DNA of 64,000 bases from Gloeomargarita sp. SKYG116 (GTDB lineage: Bacteria; Cyanobacteriota; Cyanobacteriia; Gloeomargaritales; Gloeomargaritaceae), in assembly GCA_025056115.1 (NCBI GenBank), contig JANWVM010000001.1:11643-75642 (forward strand), read 5' to 3'. Position numbers and translations under genes: made by a program. Below the pieces are notes generated by a model that had not been told where the DNA came from, made no database searches, and was given only the letters and a program-made list of their open reading frames with translations. This document shows positions 27,895 through 37,109 of the stretch, piece by piece. The stretch's first letter is position 1. Each line of letters opens with the position of its first letter.

Positions 27895-29115
27895 ATGGAA
27901 TTTCTCTTCATTCTAGTGATTGCAGTCGTCATTATCACCCTGGCGATTCGCAATCTCTACTACATCTGCCAGCCGAATGAGGTGTTGATTTTTGCCGGTA
28001 CAACGCGCTGGGTGCCGGCGTTGGGACGACGGGTGGGCTACCGGCTGGTCAAGGGGGGAAGCAGTTTACGAATGCCCCTGTTTGAGCGGGTGTTGCGCCT
28101 GGATTTGACCAATATGATTATTGAATTGAAGGTGGTGGGGGCCTATTCCAAGGGCGGGATTCCCCTCAAGGTCGAAGGCGTGGCCAATATCAAAATTGCT
28201 GGCGAAGAACCGATTATTCACAACGCCATTGAACGACTGCTTGGCAAAACCCGGGATGAGATTCAGCGCATCGCCAAAGAAACCCTGGAGGGCAATTTGC
28301 GGGGCGTGCTGGCGAGCTTAACCCCCCAGCAAGTCAACGAAGATAAATTGGCGTTTGTGCGCAGTCTCCAGGATGAAGCGGAAGAGGATTTGGGGAAATT
28401 GGGCCTGGTGCTTGACACTTTGCAGATTCAAAACATTTCCGACGATGTGGGGTACCTGGACTCCCTAGGGCGCAAGCAACGCGCGGAACTGCTGCGAGAC
28501 GCCCGGATCGCCGAGGCCCAAGCGCAAGCCCAAGCTGCCATCCAAGCTGCTGAAAATGCCCGTCTTACGACCTTTGCCCAACTCGATGCCGAGATGCAAA
28601 TTATCCAAGCGGAAGTCCAGCGGCGGATTCGGGATGCGGTTACGCGGCGGGAAGCCCTGGTGGCGGAGGTGCAGGCGGAAGTCGGGGCCCAACTGGCGCG
28701 CACCCAAGCCGATTTAGCCGTGCAACGAGAACGCATTGCCCAGGTGCGCCAGCAACTCCAAGCTGATGTCGTTGCGCCAGCGGAAGCGCGTTGTCAACAA
28801 GAGATGGAAGCAGCGCAAGCGGCGGCGGCTCAGATCGTTGAAGACGGGAAAGCGCTAGTGGAAGGGATGCGGCAGCTGGCGATGACGTGGCAACGGGCGG
28901 GCGCCCATGCGCGGCAAATTTTCCTGCTCCAGAAGTTGGAACCCCTGTTGCAGGCGCTGGCGGCGACAGTTCCCCCGGTGCAGGTGGAGCGTGTAACGGT
29001 GCTCGACCCCGCCTCTGCAACCAGTACAGCAGCCTGGTGGGAACAGGTAAGAGCGGCGACTGGCATTGACCTGAAGCAACTGTTGCCCCAGAAGTCCCCC
29101 CCGCCCGAATCATGA
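27895..29115 (+). CDS. SPFH/band-7 (flotillin-like) membrane protein
   Basis: 406 aa. N-terminal TM helix, an SPFH core, then an Ala/Gln/Glu-rich coiled coil (AEAQAQAQAAIQAAENA...). Confidence 0.8.
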   Translation: MEFLFILVIAVVIITLAIRNLYYICQPNEVLIFAGTTRWVPALGRRVGYRLVKGGSSLRMPLFERVLRLDLTNMIIELKVVGAYSKGGIPLKVEGVANIKIAGEEPIIHNAIERLLGKTRDEIQRIAKETLEGNLRGVLASLTPQQVNEDKLAFVRSLQDEAEEDLGKLGLVLDTLQIQNISDDVGYLDSLGRKQRAELLRDARIAEAQAQAQAAIQAAENARLTTFAQLDAEMQIIQAEVQRRIRDAVTRREALVAEVQAEVGAQLARTQADLAVQRERIAQVRQQLQADVVAPAEARCQQEMEAAQAAAAQIVEDGKALVEGMRQLAMTWQRAGAHARQIFLLQKLEPLLQALAATVPPVQVERVTVLDPASATSTAAWWEQVRAATGIDLKQLLPQKSPPPES

Positions 29116-30296
29116 CGGTTGCGCAGCAACATCCCTATCAATGGCTAGAACAGGCGCTGGCCACCATCCAGCGGGCGCACTGGCAACGGACGTTGAAACC
29201 CATCACTAGCCCGCCGGGACCTGTTGTTACCGTTGGGGAGCAACGAGTTTTGAACTTCGCCAGTAACGATTACTTGGGCTTGGCGGGCGATGAACGGCTG
29301 GTGCAAGCAGCAACCCAAGCGATGCAGCGCTACGGGGTGGGGGCGACCGGTTCGCGGCTCCTCAGCGGCCATCGGGATTTGCATCGGGAGTTGGAGCGGA
29401 CGGTGGCCCAGTGGAAGGGCACGGAAGACGCGCTGGTGTTTAGCAGTGGCTATGCCGCCTGCCTCGGAACGGTCGTGGCGCTGGTGGGACGACCCGATGC
29501 CATTTTCCAGGACGCGTACAACCACAGTTGTCTGCAACAGGGGGCCAAGTTGAGCCAAGCCCAGGTGTACGCCTACCGGCACAACGACCTGGCGCATCTC
29601 CAGGAACTGCTGCAGACCCATCGCCCCGACCATCGCCGCGCTTTGATTACGACCGAAAGCCTGTTCAGCATGGATGGGGACTGTTGCCCGCTCCCGGAGT
29701 TGCTGGACTTGGCCGAGCGGTGGGGCTGTATGGTGCTGGTGGATGAAGCCCACGGCAACGGCGTGTTCGGCGAGCAGGGGGCTGGCTGGGTGCAGGCGAC
29801 GGGGTGTCAAGACCGGCCTTTGGTACAGGTGGGCAATTTCAGCAAGGCGCTGGGGAGCATGGGGGGCTATGTTGCCGGTCGTCACGCGTTAATAGCGTAT
29901 CTACGGCACCGCGCGCCCACCTGGGTCTATAGCACGGGTCTTTCGATTCCCGATACGGCGGCAGCCTTGACCGCCATTGGCATCCTGAAGCAGGAACCCC
30001 AGCGGCAAGCTCAGCTCTGGCGGAATATCCACGACCTGCGAGCGCAGTTAACCCAAGCGGGATTGCCCTTGCTGTCGGCTGTTCCGTCTCCCATCGTGTG
30101 CTTGCCCCTGCGCGACACCGAAACCGCTGCCCAGTTAGAACCTGCGCTTTTGCAAGCAGGCGTTTTGGCGGGCGTGGTGCGTCCCCCAACTGTTCCTACC
30201 AGCCGGTTGCGCCTATCGGTCACCAGCAGCCATACGCACGACCATCTCGCCGAATTGGTGCGCGTTCTCGCCCAATTTTCTGGAGTCTATGGCTGA
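29112..30296 (+). CDS. bioF: 8-amino-7-oxononanoate synthase
   Basis: NFASNDYLGL, DEAHGNGVFG, and the PLP-lysine context NFSKALGSMGGY. ATGA overlap with the SPFH gene. Confidence 0.85.
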   Translation: MTVAQQHPYQWLEQALATIQRAHWQRTLKPITSPPGPVVTVGEQRVLNFASNDYLGLAGDERLVQAATQAMQRYGVGATGSRLLSGHRDLHRELERTVAQWKGTEDALVFSSGYAACLGTVVALVGRPDAIFQDAYNHSCLQQGAKLSQAQVYAYRHNDLAHLQELLQTHRPDHRRALITTESLFSMDGDCCPLPELLDLAERWGCMVLVDEAHGNGVFGEQGAGWVQATGCQDRPLVQVGNFSKALGSMGGYVAGRHALIAYLRHRAPTWVYSTGLSIPDTAAALTAIGILKQEPQRQAQLWRNIHDLRAQLTQAGLPLLSAVPSPIVCLPLRDTETAAQLEPALLQAGVLAGVVRPPTVPTSRLRLSVTSSHTHDHLAELVRVLAQFSGVYG

Positions 30297-31362
30297 AGCC
30301 GGTTACACCCTACCCGTATTTGCCTGCGCCAGTGCCGTTGCTGCCTGGCACTACCTGCGCACCCAGGAGGTGGTGGACACGGTGCAATTGGATTTACTGA
30401 ACCCACCAACGACGGCGGAAATTCCCATTGAACAGGTGGTGCCCTTGGCCAATGGCGGGGTGCTGGCCATGACCCGTTCACAACCCGGCGACAATTTGGA
30501 CTTGACCCGCAACACGCCAGTGTGGGCGCTGGTCACCTGGGGCGAACCGGCTGACCCACCCTTAACCTTGGTCGGGGGCTATGGCGTGGGGTGGCACCGT
30601 GAGACTGGACAAGCCGCGATTTATCAGTATGCGCGCCGTCTCTTGACCCACCATCTCGCCAGCGACAAGCCCTTGCGTGTAGAAATCATCTTGCCCCAGG
30701 GCCGGCGCCTGGCAGAACGCACGTCCAATGCAGCGTTTGGTGTAGTGGAAGGGTTGGCTCTCCTGGGAACCAGCGGCATTGCCCATCCCGTAAGCGCGCC
30801 GGAACAACTAGAGCAATTTCGGGACGAACTGCGCCGGAAAGCACCCCAGGGGGAGGTCGTCTTTTGCATTGGGGAAAATGGTCTCGACCTGGCCCGCTCG
30901 TGGCGTATTCCCGATGACTACCTGGTGAAAACGGGCAACTGGTTGGGGCCATTGCTGGTGGAAGCGTCACTGCTGGCTGTGCAAACCGTCACCCTACTTG
31001 GTTACCACGGCAAGCTCCTGAAACTCGCAGGCGGCATTTTCCACACCCACCACCATCTCGCCGATGCGCGTTTGGAAATTCTGGCGGCTTGCGCGTTACG
31101 GGCCGGTTTGCCGACGCCAGTGTTGCAAAAACTATTGACGCAACCGACGGTGGACGCCGCCATGCACTACCTGAACCAGGTGCAGCCGTTGCAGATGCGG
31201 GCGTTGTACGACATCATCCTGGCCCAAATCCGCCACCGCACCCAGAGCTACATCCACGCCCACGGCGGCCAACCCTTGGGATTGGAAGTCATCTTGTTCA
31301 ACCGCGAGCGGCAAGTGGTGGCCCAGACGCCTGGGGCAAAGCGGTGGTTCAACCTGCGCTAA
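30289..31362 (+). CDS. cbiD: cobalt-precorrin-5B (C1)-methyltransferase
   Basis: 357 aa. GYTLPVFACASAVAA start and CbiD-like length and pattern. 8-nt overlap with bioF. Confidence 0.8.
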   Translation: MAEAGYTLPVFACASAVAAWHYLRTQEVVDTVQLDLLNPPTTAEIPIEQVVPLANGGVLAMTRSQPGDNLDLTRNTPVWALVTWGEPADPPLTLVGGYGVGWHRETGQAAIYQYARRLLTHHLASDKPLRVEIILPQGRRLAERTSNAAFGVVEGLALLGTSGIAHPVSAPEQLEQFRDELRRKAPQGEVVFCIGENGLDLARSWRIPDDYLVKTGNWLGPLLVEASLLAVQTVTLLGYHGKLLKLAGGIFHTHHHLADARLEILAACALRAGLPTPVLQKLLTQPTVDAAMHYLNQVQPLQMRALYDIILAQIRHRTQSYIHAHGGQPLGLEVILFNRERQVVAQTPGAKRWFNLR

Positions 31363-31392
31363 GATGCTGATCATCGCCACGGAGAGCCACCC

Positions 31393-31872
31393 ATGACCAA
31401 AACCGTTGCTGAAGCCATGACGCCTGACCCGGTGGTGGTCTATCCCCAAACCCCGATTGAGGAGGCCATCCAAATCCTGGCGGAACGGGGGTTTAGCGGC
31501 CTACCCGTGGTCAATGAGCGGCATCAACTGGTTGGTGTCTTGTCCACCTTGGATATTCTCCACCGGCAAGAGGGGATTCGCCCGCCCCTTTATTTCTGGT
31601 TCATGGACGCCGTGATCTGGCTGGAAAACCCGCAGCATTATCGCCAGGAACTGCACAAAGTGTTAGGGCCGACGGTTGGCGATGTGATGACTCCCCATCC
31701 CATCAGCATTCATCCTGAAGAACCCCTGACGGTGGCGGCCCATAAAATGCACCAGCACAACGTCCGCCGCTTACCCGTGGTGAACTCGGAAAATCGGGTC
31801 GTGGGTATCCTGACGCGAGGGGATATCGTGCGCTGTTTAGCTGAGGAAATTGCCGCCGAGGCCAATCCGTGA
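31393..31872 (+). CDS. CBS-domain pair protein
   Basis: 159 aa with two CBS repeats (VAEAMTPDPVVV...GLPVVN; VGDVMTPHPISI...RLPVVN). Confidence 0.8.
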   Translation: MTKTVAEAMTPDPVVVYPQTPIEEAIQILAERGFSGLPVVNERHQLVGVLSTLDILHRQEGIRPPLYFWFMDAVIWLENPQHYRQELHKVLGPTVGDVMTPHPISIHPEEPLTVAAHKMHQHNVRRLPVVNSENRVVGILTRGDIVRCLAEEIAAEANP

Positions 31873-31897
31873 CTGGTAGGAGCAAAGGGGAAACGCA

Positions 31898-32467
31898 ATG
31901 GTTACCGTTGCTAAAAAGACCTACACCCCTGACGAATACTTTGCTTGGGAGTCGCAGGCGCAAATTCGTCACGAATACCGTCGTGGAGACATGATTCCCA
32001 TGCCTGGCGGCACGCCAACTCACAACGAAATCATGCGGATGTTGGTGTTTCTGCTAACCGCTAGTTTGCGACAGAAACCCTACTGTATTTTTGTGAGTGA
32101 CCAACGGCTCTGGATTCCTGCGACCGACCAATACACGTATCCCGATGTGATGGTAACACCACGCCCCCCGGAATTAAGACCAGGTCGCATGGATACCGTC
32201 ATGAATCCTATCTGCGTGGCCGAAATCCTTTCTGAATCGACGGAAGGCTATGACCGTGGCGACAAATTTAGTGCCTACCGAACCATCCCTACGTTCCAAG
32301 AATACCTTTTGATTGCGCAGGATAAAGTCCAGGTCGAACACTTTATTAAACAAACGCAGAACGAGTGGCTGTTCAAGGAATATAAGCATCTCTCGGATGT
32401 AGTCATGCTCAACTCGCTTGAGGTGCGTCTCTCCCTAGCGGAGCTATACGAAACGGTTGAATTTTAG
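31898..32467 (+). CDS. Uma2-family (DUF820) endonuclease-fold protein
   Basis: 189 aa. ...YEYRRGDMIPMPGGTPTHNEI...YPDVMV...VAEILSESTEGYDRGDKFSAY.... PD-(D/E)xK-like layout. Confidence 0.75.
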   Translation: MVTVAKKTYTPDEYFAWESQAQIRHEYRRGDMIPMPGGTPTHNEIMRMLVFLLTASLRQKPYCIFVSDQRLWIPATDQYTYPDVMVTPRPPELRPGRMDTVMNPICVAEILSESTEGYDRGDKFSAYRTIPTFQEYLLIAQDKVQVEHFIKQTQNEWLFKEYKHLSDVVMLNSLEVRLSLAELYETVEF

Positions 32468-32610
32468 AGAACCCCCACCCGCGACGCTAGGGATGACCGG
32501 CAGAGGTGATGGAGTACTCAGTGAGAACTGCGTAGTGACGGAACTGGGTGACGCACTTTGTTAGTCCAAACGTTATACTATCGGCTTAACGGTGGGTGGG
32601 GGTACGCGCC

Positions 32611-34440
32611 ATGTGCGGCATTGTGGGTTATGTGGGGTTGCAATCAGCCTTAGGCATTCTCATGGAGGGCTTGCGCCGGTTGGAATATCGGGGCTACGAC
32701 TCCGCGGGCATAGCGTGGCTCGACAACGGCGAAATTCACGTGTTACGGGCGGCGGGAAAACTGCACAACCTACAGGCGCAACTCCCGGCGACCCACAGCC
32801 ATGTGGGGATTGGTCATACCCGCTGGGCCACCCACGGCAAACCCGAAGAGCGCAACGCCCATCCCCACGTGGATAACCAGCGGCGCGTCGCCGTCGTCCA
32901 AAACGGCATCATCGAAAACTACCGTGCGTTGCGAGACGAGTTGACTGCTCAGGGGTGCGTGTTTACGTCGGATACCGATACGGAGGTCATCCCCCATCTC
33001 GTGAGCCTGTATTTGCAGCAGGGCCACCCCTTCCTGGAGGCAATGCGCCTGGCGGTGTCGCGTTTAGAGGGAGCCTTTGCCATTGCGGCGATTGCGGCTG
33101 ACGCCCCTGATGAAATTGTGCTGGCCCGGCAACAAGCGCCCCTAGTGGTGGGGTTGGGTCAGGGGGAATTTTTCTGCGCGTCCGATACCGCTGCTTTGAT
33201 CAGCCATACGCAAGCCTTTCTGGCCCTGGAAAACGGGGAATTGGCCCGCCTGACACCCCTAGGCGTGGAACTCTATACCTTTGCTGGGCAACGGGTGCAG
33301 CGCTATCCCCAACGGTTGACCTGGAGTCCCCTGGCGGTGGAAAAGGGCGGCTTCAAGCACTACATGCTCAAGGAAATTCACGAGCAGCCGGCGGTGTTGC
33401 GCCAGGGGTTGGAGTCCCACCTAATTGAGGGGCAAATTGCCCTGGGGCCAGTGCAGGAGTTGTACGCCCAGGTCGAGCACATTCACATCGTCGCCTGCGG
33501 CACCAGTTGGCACGCGGGTTTGGTGGGGAAATATCTCCTAGAGCAGATTGCCCAGATTCCCACCCACGTGTACTATGCTTCGGAGTTTCGCTACGCCCCG
33601 CCCCCCTATCTACCCCGCACCTTGACCATTGGCGTCACCCAATCGGGCGAAACGGCGGACACATTGGCAGCGCTCTCCCTGGTTGCCAGCCGCACCTTAA
33701 CCGGTACACCCTGGTTGCTCGGCATCACCAATCGGCCTGACAGCACCTTGGGACGGCTAGTGCCCTATTTAATTGACACACGGGCAGGCATTGAAATCGG
33801 CGTGGCCGCAACCAAAACCTTCACGGCCCAGGTGGTAGCGTTTTACCTGCTGGCTCTAGACATGGCCCACCAGCGCGGGATGATTGACCAGGAAAAGCTA
33901 GAGCTCTATCTCGCCAACCTGCAGAAAATCCCCAACCATTTGGAATGGATATTGGAGACGCAAACGCCAGCGATTGAGCAACTAGCGCATCAGTTTCAAG
34001 ACGTACACCATGTAATTTATTTAGGGCGGGGGATCAATTTCCCCATCGCGTTGGAAGGGGCGTTGAAATTAAAAGAAATCAGCTACATTCATGCCGAGGG
34101 ATATCCCGCCGGTGAAATGAAACACGGCCCCATCGCGCTACTGGATAAAAACGTGCCCGTTGTGGCGATTGCCATGCCCGGAACAGTTTACGAAAAAACC
34201 ATCAGTAATGTGCAAGAAGCGCGGGCGCGAGAAGCTCAAATTATCGGCGTGGGGACGGCGGCCAATTTGGAAATTCCCGACCTCTTTCAGGTGAATTTAA
34301 CCGTCCCCGAAGTGCCGGAATTGCTCTCACCGTTTGTCACCGTTTTGCCGTTGCAACTCCTGGCCTATTACATCGCCGCCCAGCGGGGCTTAGACGTAGA
34401 CCAGCCGCGTAATTTGGCCAAGTCGGTGACAGTGGAGTGA
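32611..34440 (+). CDS. glmS: glutamine--fructose-6-phosphate aminotransferase
   Basis: The start is MCGIVGY (ATG 32611; the track start at 32596 was rejected). SIS domains with SGETADT, and the canonical C-terminus DQPRNLAKSVTVE. Confidence 0.95.
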   Translation: MCGIVGYVGLQSALGILMEGLRRLEYRGYDSAGIAWLDNGEIHVLRAAGKLHNLQAQLPATHSHVGIGHTRWATHGKPEERNAHPHVDNQRRVAVVQNGIIENYRALRDELTAQGCVFTSDTDTEVIPHLVSLYLQQGHPFLEAMRLAVSRLEGAFAIAAIAADAPDEIVLARQQAPLVVGLGQGEFFCASDTAALISHTQAFLALENGELARLTPLGVELYTFAGQRVQRYPQRLTWSPLAVEKGGFKHYMLKEIHEQPAVLRQGLESHLIEGQIALGPVQELYAQVEHIHIVACGTSWHAGLVGKYLLEQIAQIPTHVYYASEFRYAPPPYLPRTLTIGVTQSGETADTLAALSLVASRTLTGTPWLLGITNRPDSTLGRLVPYLIDTRAGIEIGVAATKTFTAQVVAFYLLALDMAHQRGMIDQEKLELYLANLQKIPNHLEWILETQTPAIEQLAHQFQDVHHVIYLGRGINFPIALEGALKLKEISYIHAEGYPAGEMKHGPIALLDKNVPVVAIAMPGTVYEKTISNVQEARAREAQIIGVGTAANLEIPDLFQVNLTVPEVPELLSPFVTVLPLQLLAYYIAAQRGLDVDQPRNLAKSVTVE

Positions 34441-34446
34441 AAATAC

Positions 34447-34538
34447 GTTGTCCCCACGCATGTGGGGGTGTTCCGCCCCTCCCATTCAGCCGCTCCTTGA
34501 TCTCGCCCAGTTGTCCCTACGCATGTGGGTTTTTTTGT
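34447..34538 (+). CRISPR. possible vestigial two-repeat CRISPR array (type I-E-like repeat, one 34-nt spacer)
   Basis: Repeat 1 is 34447-34475, GTTGTCCCCACGCATGTGGGGGTGTTCCG (29 nt, 6-bp stem CCCCAC/GTGGGG). The spacer is 34476-34509. Repeat 2 is 34510-34538; 19 of its first 20 nt match, then it degenerates into T7. No leader or cas genes are in the window. Confidence 0.35.
34515..34536 (+). terminator. possible weak intrinsic terminator of glmS, formed by the second CRISPR-like repeat
   Basis: Short hairpin CCTAC-GCAT-GTGGG (5 bp including one G-U) followed by TTTTTTT (34530-34536). Confidence 0.3.
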
Positions 34539-34640
34539 CATAACCCGGCATTTCTCCAGAGCACAGCCGAGTCACTTCAGCTTGTCAGAGAGAGAAAGCC
34601 AGAGGGAAATTATGCTCTGCAACTATCCACTTCTGACACA

Positions 34641-35486
34641 TCAACCAGCAAAAATATCAGGAGCCAATACTCCTTGGGCAATCCCCTGCACTGGCCCGGT
34701 CATGGTAACGTACAAGTCCGGCGTCATGGAGATATGCAATTCTCCACCTGGCATTTCTACAGTGACTTCAGCGTCACACAAACCTAACCGGTAAGCCGCT
34801 GCTGCTGCCGCACTACTACTGCTACCAGAAGCCAAAGTATAACCCGCTCCCCGTTCCCAAATCTCTAGCCGGAGTCGTTGCCGGGACAACACTTGCACAA
34901 ATTGAACATTGGTGCGCTGGGGGAAAAGTGGATGGTGTTCTATGAGTGGGCCGTAGGTTTGGGCCAATTCCGGGCGAGTCTCCGGCACGATAATGACACA
35001 GTGGGGATTGCCAATTGTGGCCGCTGTGAACGTAAAGGTTTGGTCCAACACGGTGATGGGTTCTTGGATCACTTCGCGGTCAGGGCCAGTGACCGGTATC
35101 AAACGGCTGTAAAACGATACCTGCCCCATTTCTACCCGCACCTGTCGCCCCTGCTGTTGCACTTGCACACTCACCCGACCCCCTAGTGTTTGCACCTGAA
35201 ATGGCGCTTCTCCCACCTTCCCTTGGTCCCACAGGTAGCGGGCAAAGATGCGCAACCCATTGCCACTTTTTTCTGCCTCTGAACCGTCGGGGTTAAAAAT
35301 GCGCACACCAAAATCGGCTGCCGGCGCCGGCCAAGGCCCCCACAAAATCCCATCCGCGCCAATGCCGAAATGTCGGTGGCATAGCCGTTGAATTTGCCAC
35401 GGTTGTAGCGCTTCCCCGCCCCGTTCAGGGTCTATCACGAGATAATCATTCCCCAGCGCGTGGTACTTCCAAAAGGCAACGGCCAA
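34641..35486 (-). CDS. DapF-fold (diaminopimelate epimerase family) protein with Ser at both catalytic Cys positions
   Basis: 281 aa. YHALGNDYLVI, FNPDGSEAEKSGNG, GNPHCV and WERGAGYTLASGSS. The TTG start at 35486 directly abuts the stop of the upstream gene. See the findings for the active-site anomaly. Confidence 0.8.
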   Translation of the reverse strand: MAVAFWKYHALGNDYLVIDPERGGEALQPWQIQRLCHRHFGIGADGILWGPWPAPAADFGVRIFNPDGSEAEKSGNGLRIFARYLWDQGKVGEAPFQVQTLGGRVSVQVQQQGRQVRVEMGQVSFYSRLIPVTGPDREVIQEPITVLDQTFTFTAATIGNPHCVIIVPETRPELAQTYGPLIEHHPLFPQRTNVQFVQVLSRQRLRLEIWERGAGYTLASGSSSSAAAAAAYRLGLCDAEVTVEMPGGELHISMTPDLYVTMTGPVQGIAQGVLAPDIFAG

Positions 35487-36365
35487 CTAGTTCGTCTCCT
35501 CCTCGTACTCGGGTTGCCGCTGCGGCAGGTTGACTGGCGGTTGATAAGGTTCTGGCTCAGCCCAAACATCAGCAGTCACGTCCTCATCCACCACCGGCTC
35601 CGGCTCCAACGGTTCCACGTAAGCTGTCTCCACCCGCCGTTTCGGTTTACGGGCTGGCCGGGGTGCAGGGGCTTCTTCCGGTTCTTCCCAGACTTGCTCC
35701 GTCTTGGCGACCCGTCGGCGCTCCGTTTCGGTAGGCGTGCCACTCCCCAGCCGATTTTCCACACTCACCGGCGTCGGTAAATAATTGCGGTCTTCGTCAC
35801 GTTCCCAAGGCGGTTTGCCAATACCAATCGACTCGAGCCAACCGCGCGTCAATTGCCGTAAGCGTTCCTCCGCTCCCTCAAACACAATCAATTTATCCGC
35901 GCCCACACTCACGACTTCCTCGACGGATAACTCATACGTGCTCAACAACCGCGCCGGAATCCGGGGCACCCCCAACGAGTCAATCACCAGATGCGAAATC
36001 CGCCCCTCGGCCAAATCAAACTCAAAATCCCGCACTTTCCCCAGAAATTCCCCGGTTTCGGTAATCACCTCAATCCCCACCAGCCGGGTGTAGGGCGATA
36101 AATCCAACTCCTCCAAAACTTGGTCATCGTCCACCAGTACCACATCCCCCACCTGGCGCACGTGCTCCCACCGCAGCGAATGACTGGGTTCACCAGGCAA
36201 ATAATTATTCACCAGCGAATCTTTAATATCTAGCGCCACCACTTGCCAGGCGTCCACATCACACCACACCTGACTGACAACCCCCAACCGTCGCCCTCGG
36301 TCGCGGGTAATTACTTGGCTGTCAATCAACGCTGAACGGAAACAAACTTGTGCTGTCACTTTCAT
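35487..36365 (-). CDS. PRC-barrel domain protein with an acidic/Pro-rich C-terminal tail
   Basis: 292 aa with two PRC-barrel-like segments (VITRDRGRRLGVVSQVWCD...; VITETGEFLGKVRDFEFD...). Family assignment is from memory. Confidence 0.6.
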   Translation of the reverse strand: MKVTAQVCFRSALIDSQVITRDRGRRLGVVSQVWCDVDAWQVVALDIKDSLVNNYLPGEPSHSLRWEHVRQVGDVVLVDDDQVLEELDLSPYTRLVGIEVITETGEFLGKVRDFEFDLAEGRISHLVIDSLGVPRIPARLLSTYELSVEEVVSVGADKLIVFEGAEERLRQLTRGWLESIGIGKPPWERDEDRNYLPTPVSVENRLGSGTPTETERRRVAKTEQVWEEPEEAPAPRPARKPKRRVETAYVEPLEPEPVVDEDVTADVWAEPEPYQPPVNLPQRQPEYEEETN

Positions 36366-36405
36366 CGCCAGGGGTGGGCCAACCGCTCCGCCAAAAACTG
36401 TTTTT

Positions 36406-36942
36406 CTATTTTAGCGGCATTTCTTGTTGAGCTAGCCGTTCCCGCAACTGCCGTAATGCATCTGCCCAGCGTGGGTCCGGTTCGGGAATATCCACATCGC
36501 CCACGACACTCGCCGATGGGGAGGAGGCTGATTTCCGCCGGTTAGCCGACCGTTGAGGGCTGCGATTGGCTGTTTCCCGCCGGGGCGTGGGGCGCTCGAC
36601 TGTGCTAGCCTTGACCGTTTTTTCTGGGGTTGATTCCCCTGAGGATGGTGCCTGAACCGTATCTTTATCTTTTTCCTTGTCCTTATCCTTATTGCGCGGT
36701 AGGGCTTTTTCCACCTTTAATACTTGGTCCCGAAAGGTCTGGCCGTTGAACCGACTCACCACTTCATCCGCCTCGGCCTCGGTCTTGACCGTCAAAAAAC
36801 CAAATCCTCGGCACTTTTGGGTCTTGCGGTTGGTAATCAGCTTGAGGGACTGGATGGCTGGGACATCCCGAAACAGCGTCTCCAGTAATTCCTCCTTCTT
36901 AGCATCCTCGGGTAAATTCCCCACGTAAATACGCACAGTCAT
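36406..36942 (-). CDS. RRM-type RNA-binding protein with a long charged C-terminal extension
   Basis: The ATG at 36942 is preceded by AAGGAGG. RNP2 is IYVGNL and RNP1 is CRGFGFLTV. The tail contains KDKDKEKDKD and is Arg/Ser-rich. The longer ORF start at 37008 was rejected. Confidence 0.85.
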   Translation of the reverse strand: MTVRIYVGNLPEDAKKEELLETLFRDVPAIQSLKLITNRKTQKCRGFGFLTVKTEAEADEVVSRFNGQTFRDQVLKVEKALPRNKDKDKEKDKDTVQAPSSGESTPEKTVKASTVERPTPRRETANRSPQRSANRRKSASSPSASVVGDVDIPEPDPRWADALRQLRERLAQQEMPLK

Positions 36943-37109
36943 GGAGCACCTCCTTGCTAAAAAAATGTTACGGCACCGGCGGGAATAAGGGCAGAACAGA
37001 CAAACCAAATTGTGACAATCTTTTGCAATTTGCTGGTACGTTGCTGTTGCCCAAACAAGTACCTTATTTAGGTTATCACACCCAAGGGTGGGGTGGAAAA
37101 TTCTGGAGG

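Noticed and set aside
29145-29885. 246-aa ORF antisense to bioF. Similar shadows occur at 49712-50455 (pstA), 50096-50638, 56831-57430, 57252-57908 (nrtB), 58428-58970 (nrtC), 42522-43049 and 51564-52085
   Set aside because: All lie wholly within genes that have strong family motifs. They have skewed, Arg/Pro/Gly/His-rich compositions and no recognisable domains.
32468-32610. Possible glmS ribozyme upstream of glmS
   Set aside because: I could not recognise the conserved glmS ribozyme core. To my knowledge this ribozyme is essentially restricted to Gram-positive lineages. An Infernal scan would settle the question.
34437-34794. 116-aa and 89-aa plus-strand ORFs downstream of glmS
   Set aside because: They simply read through the CRISPR-like repeats (CPHACGG... 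and CPYACGF...) and then run antisense into the DapF-like gene. They are not credible as proteins.
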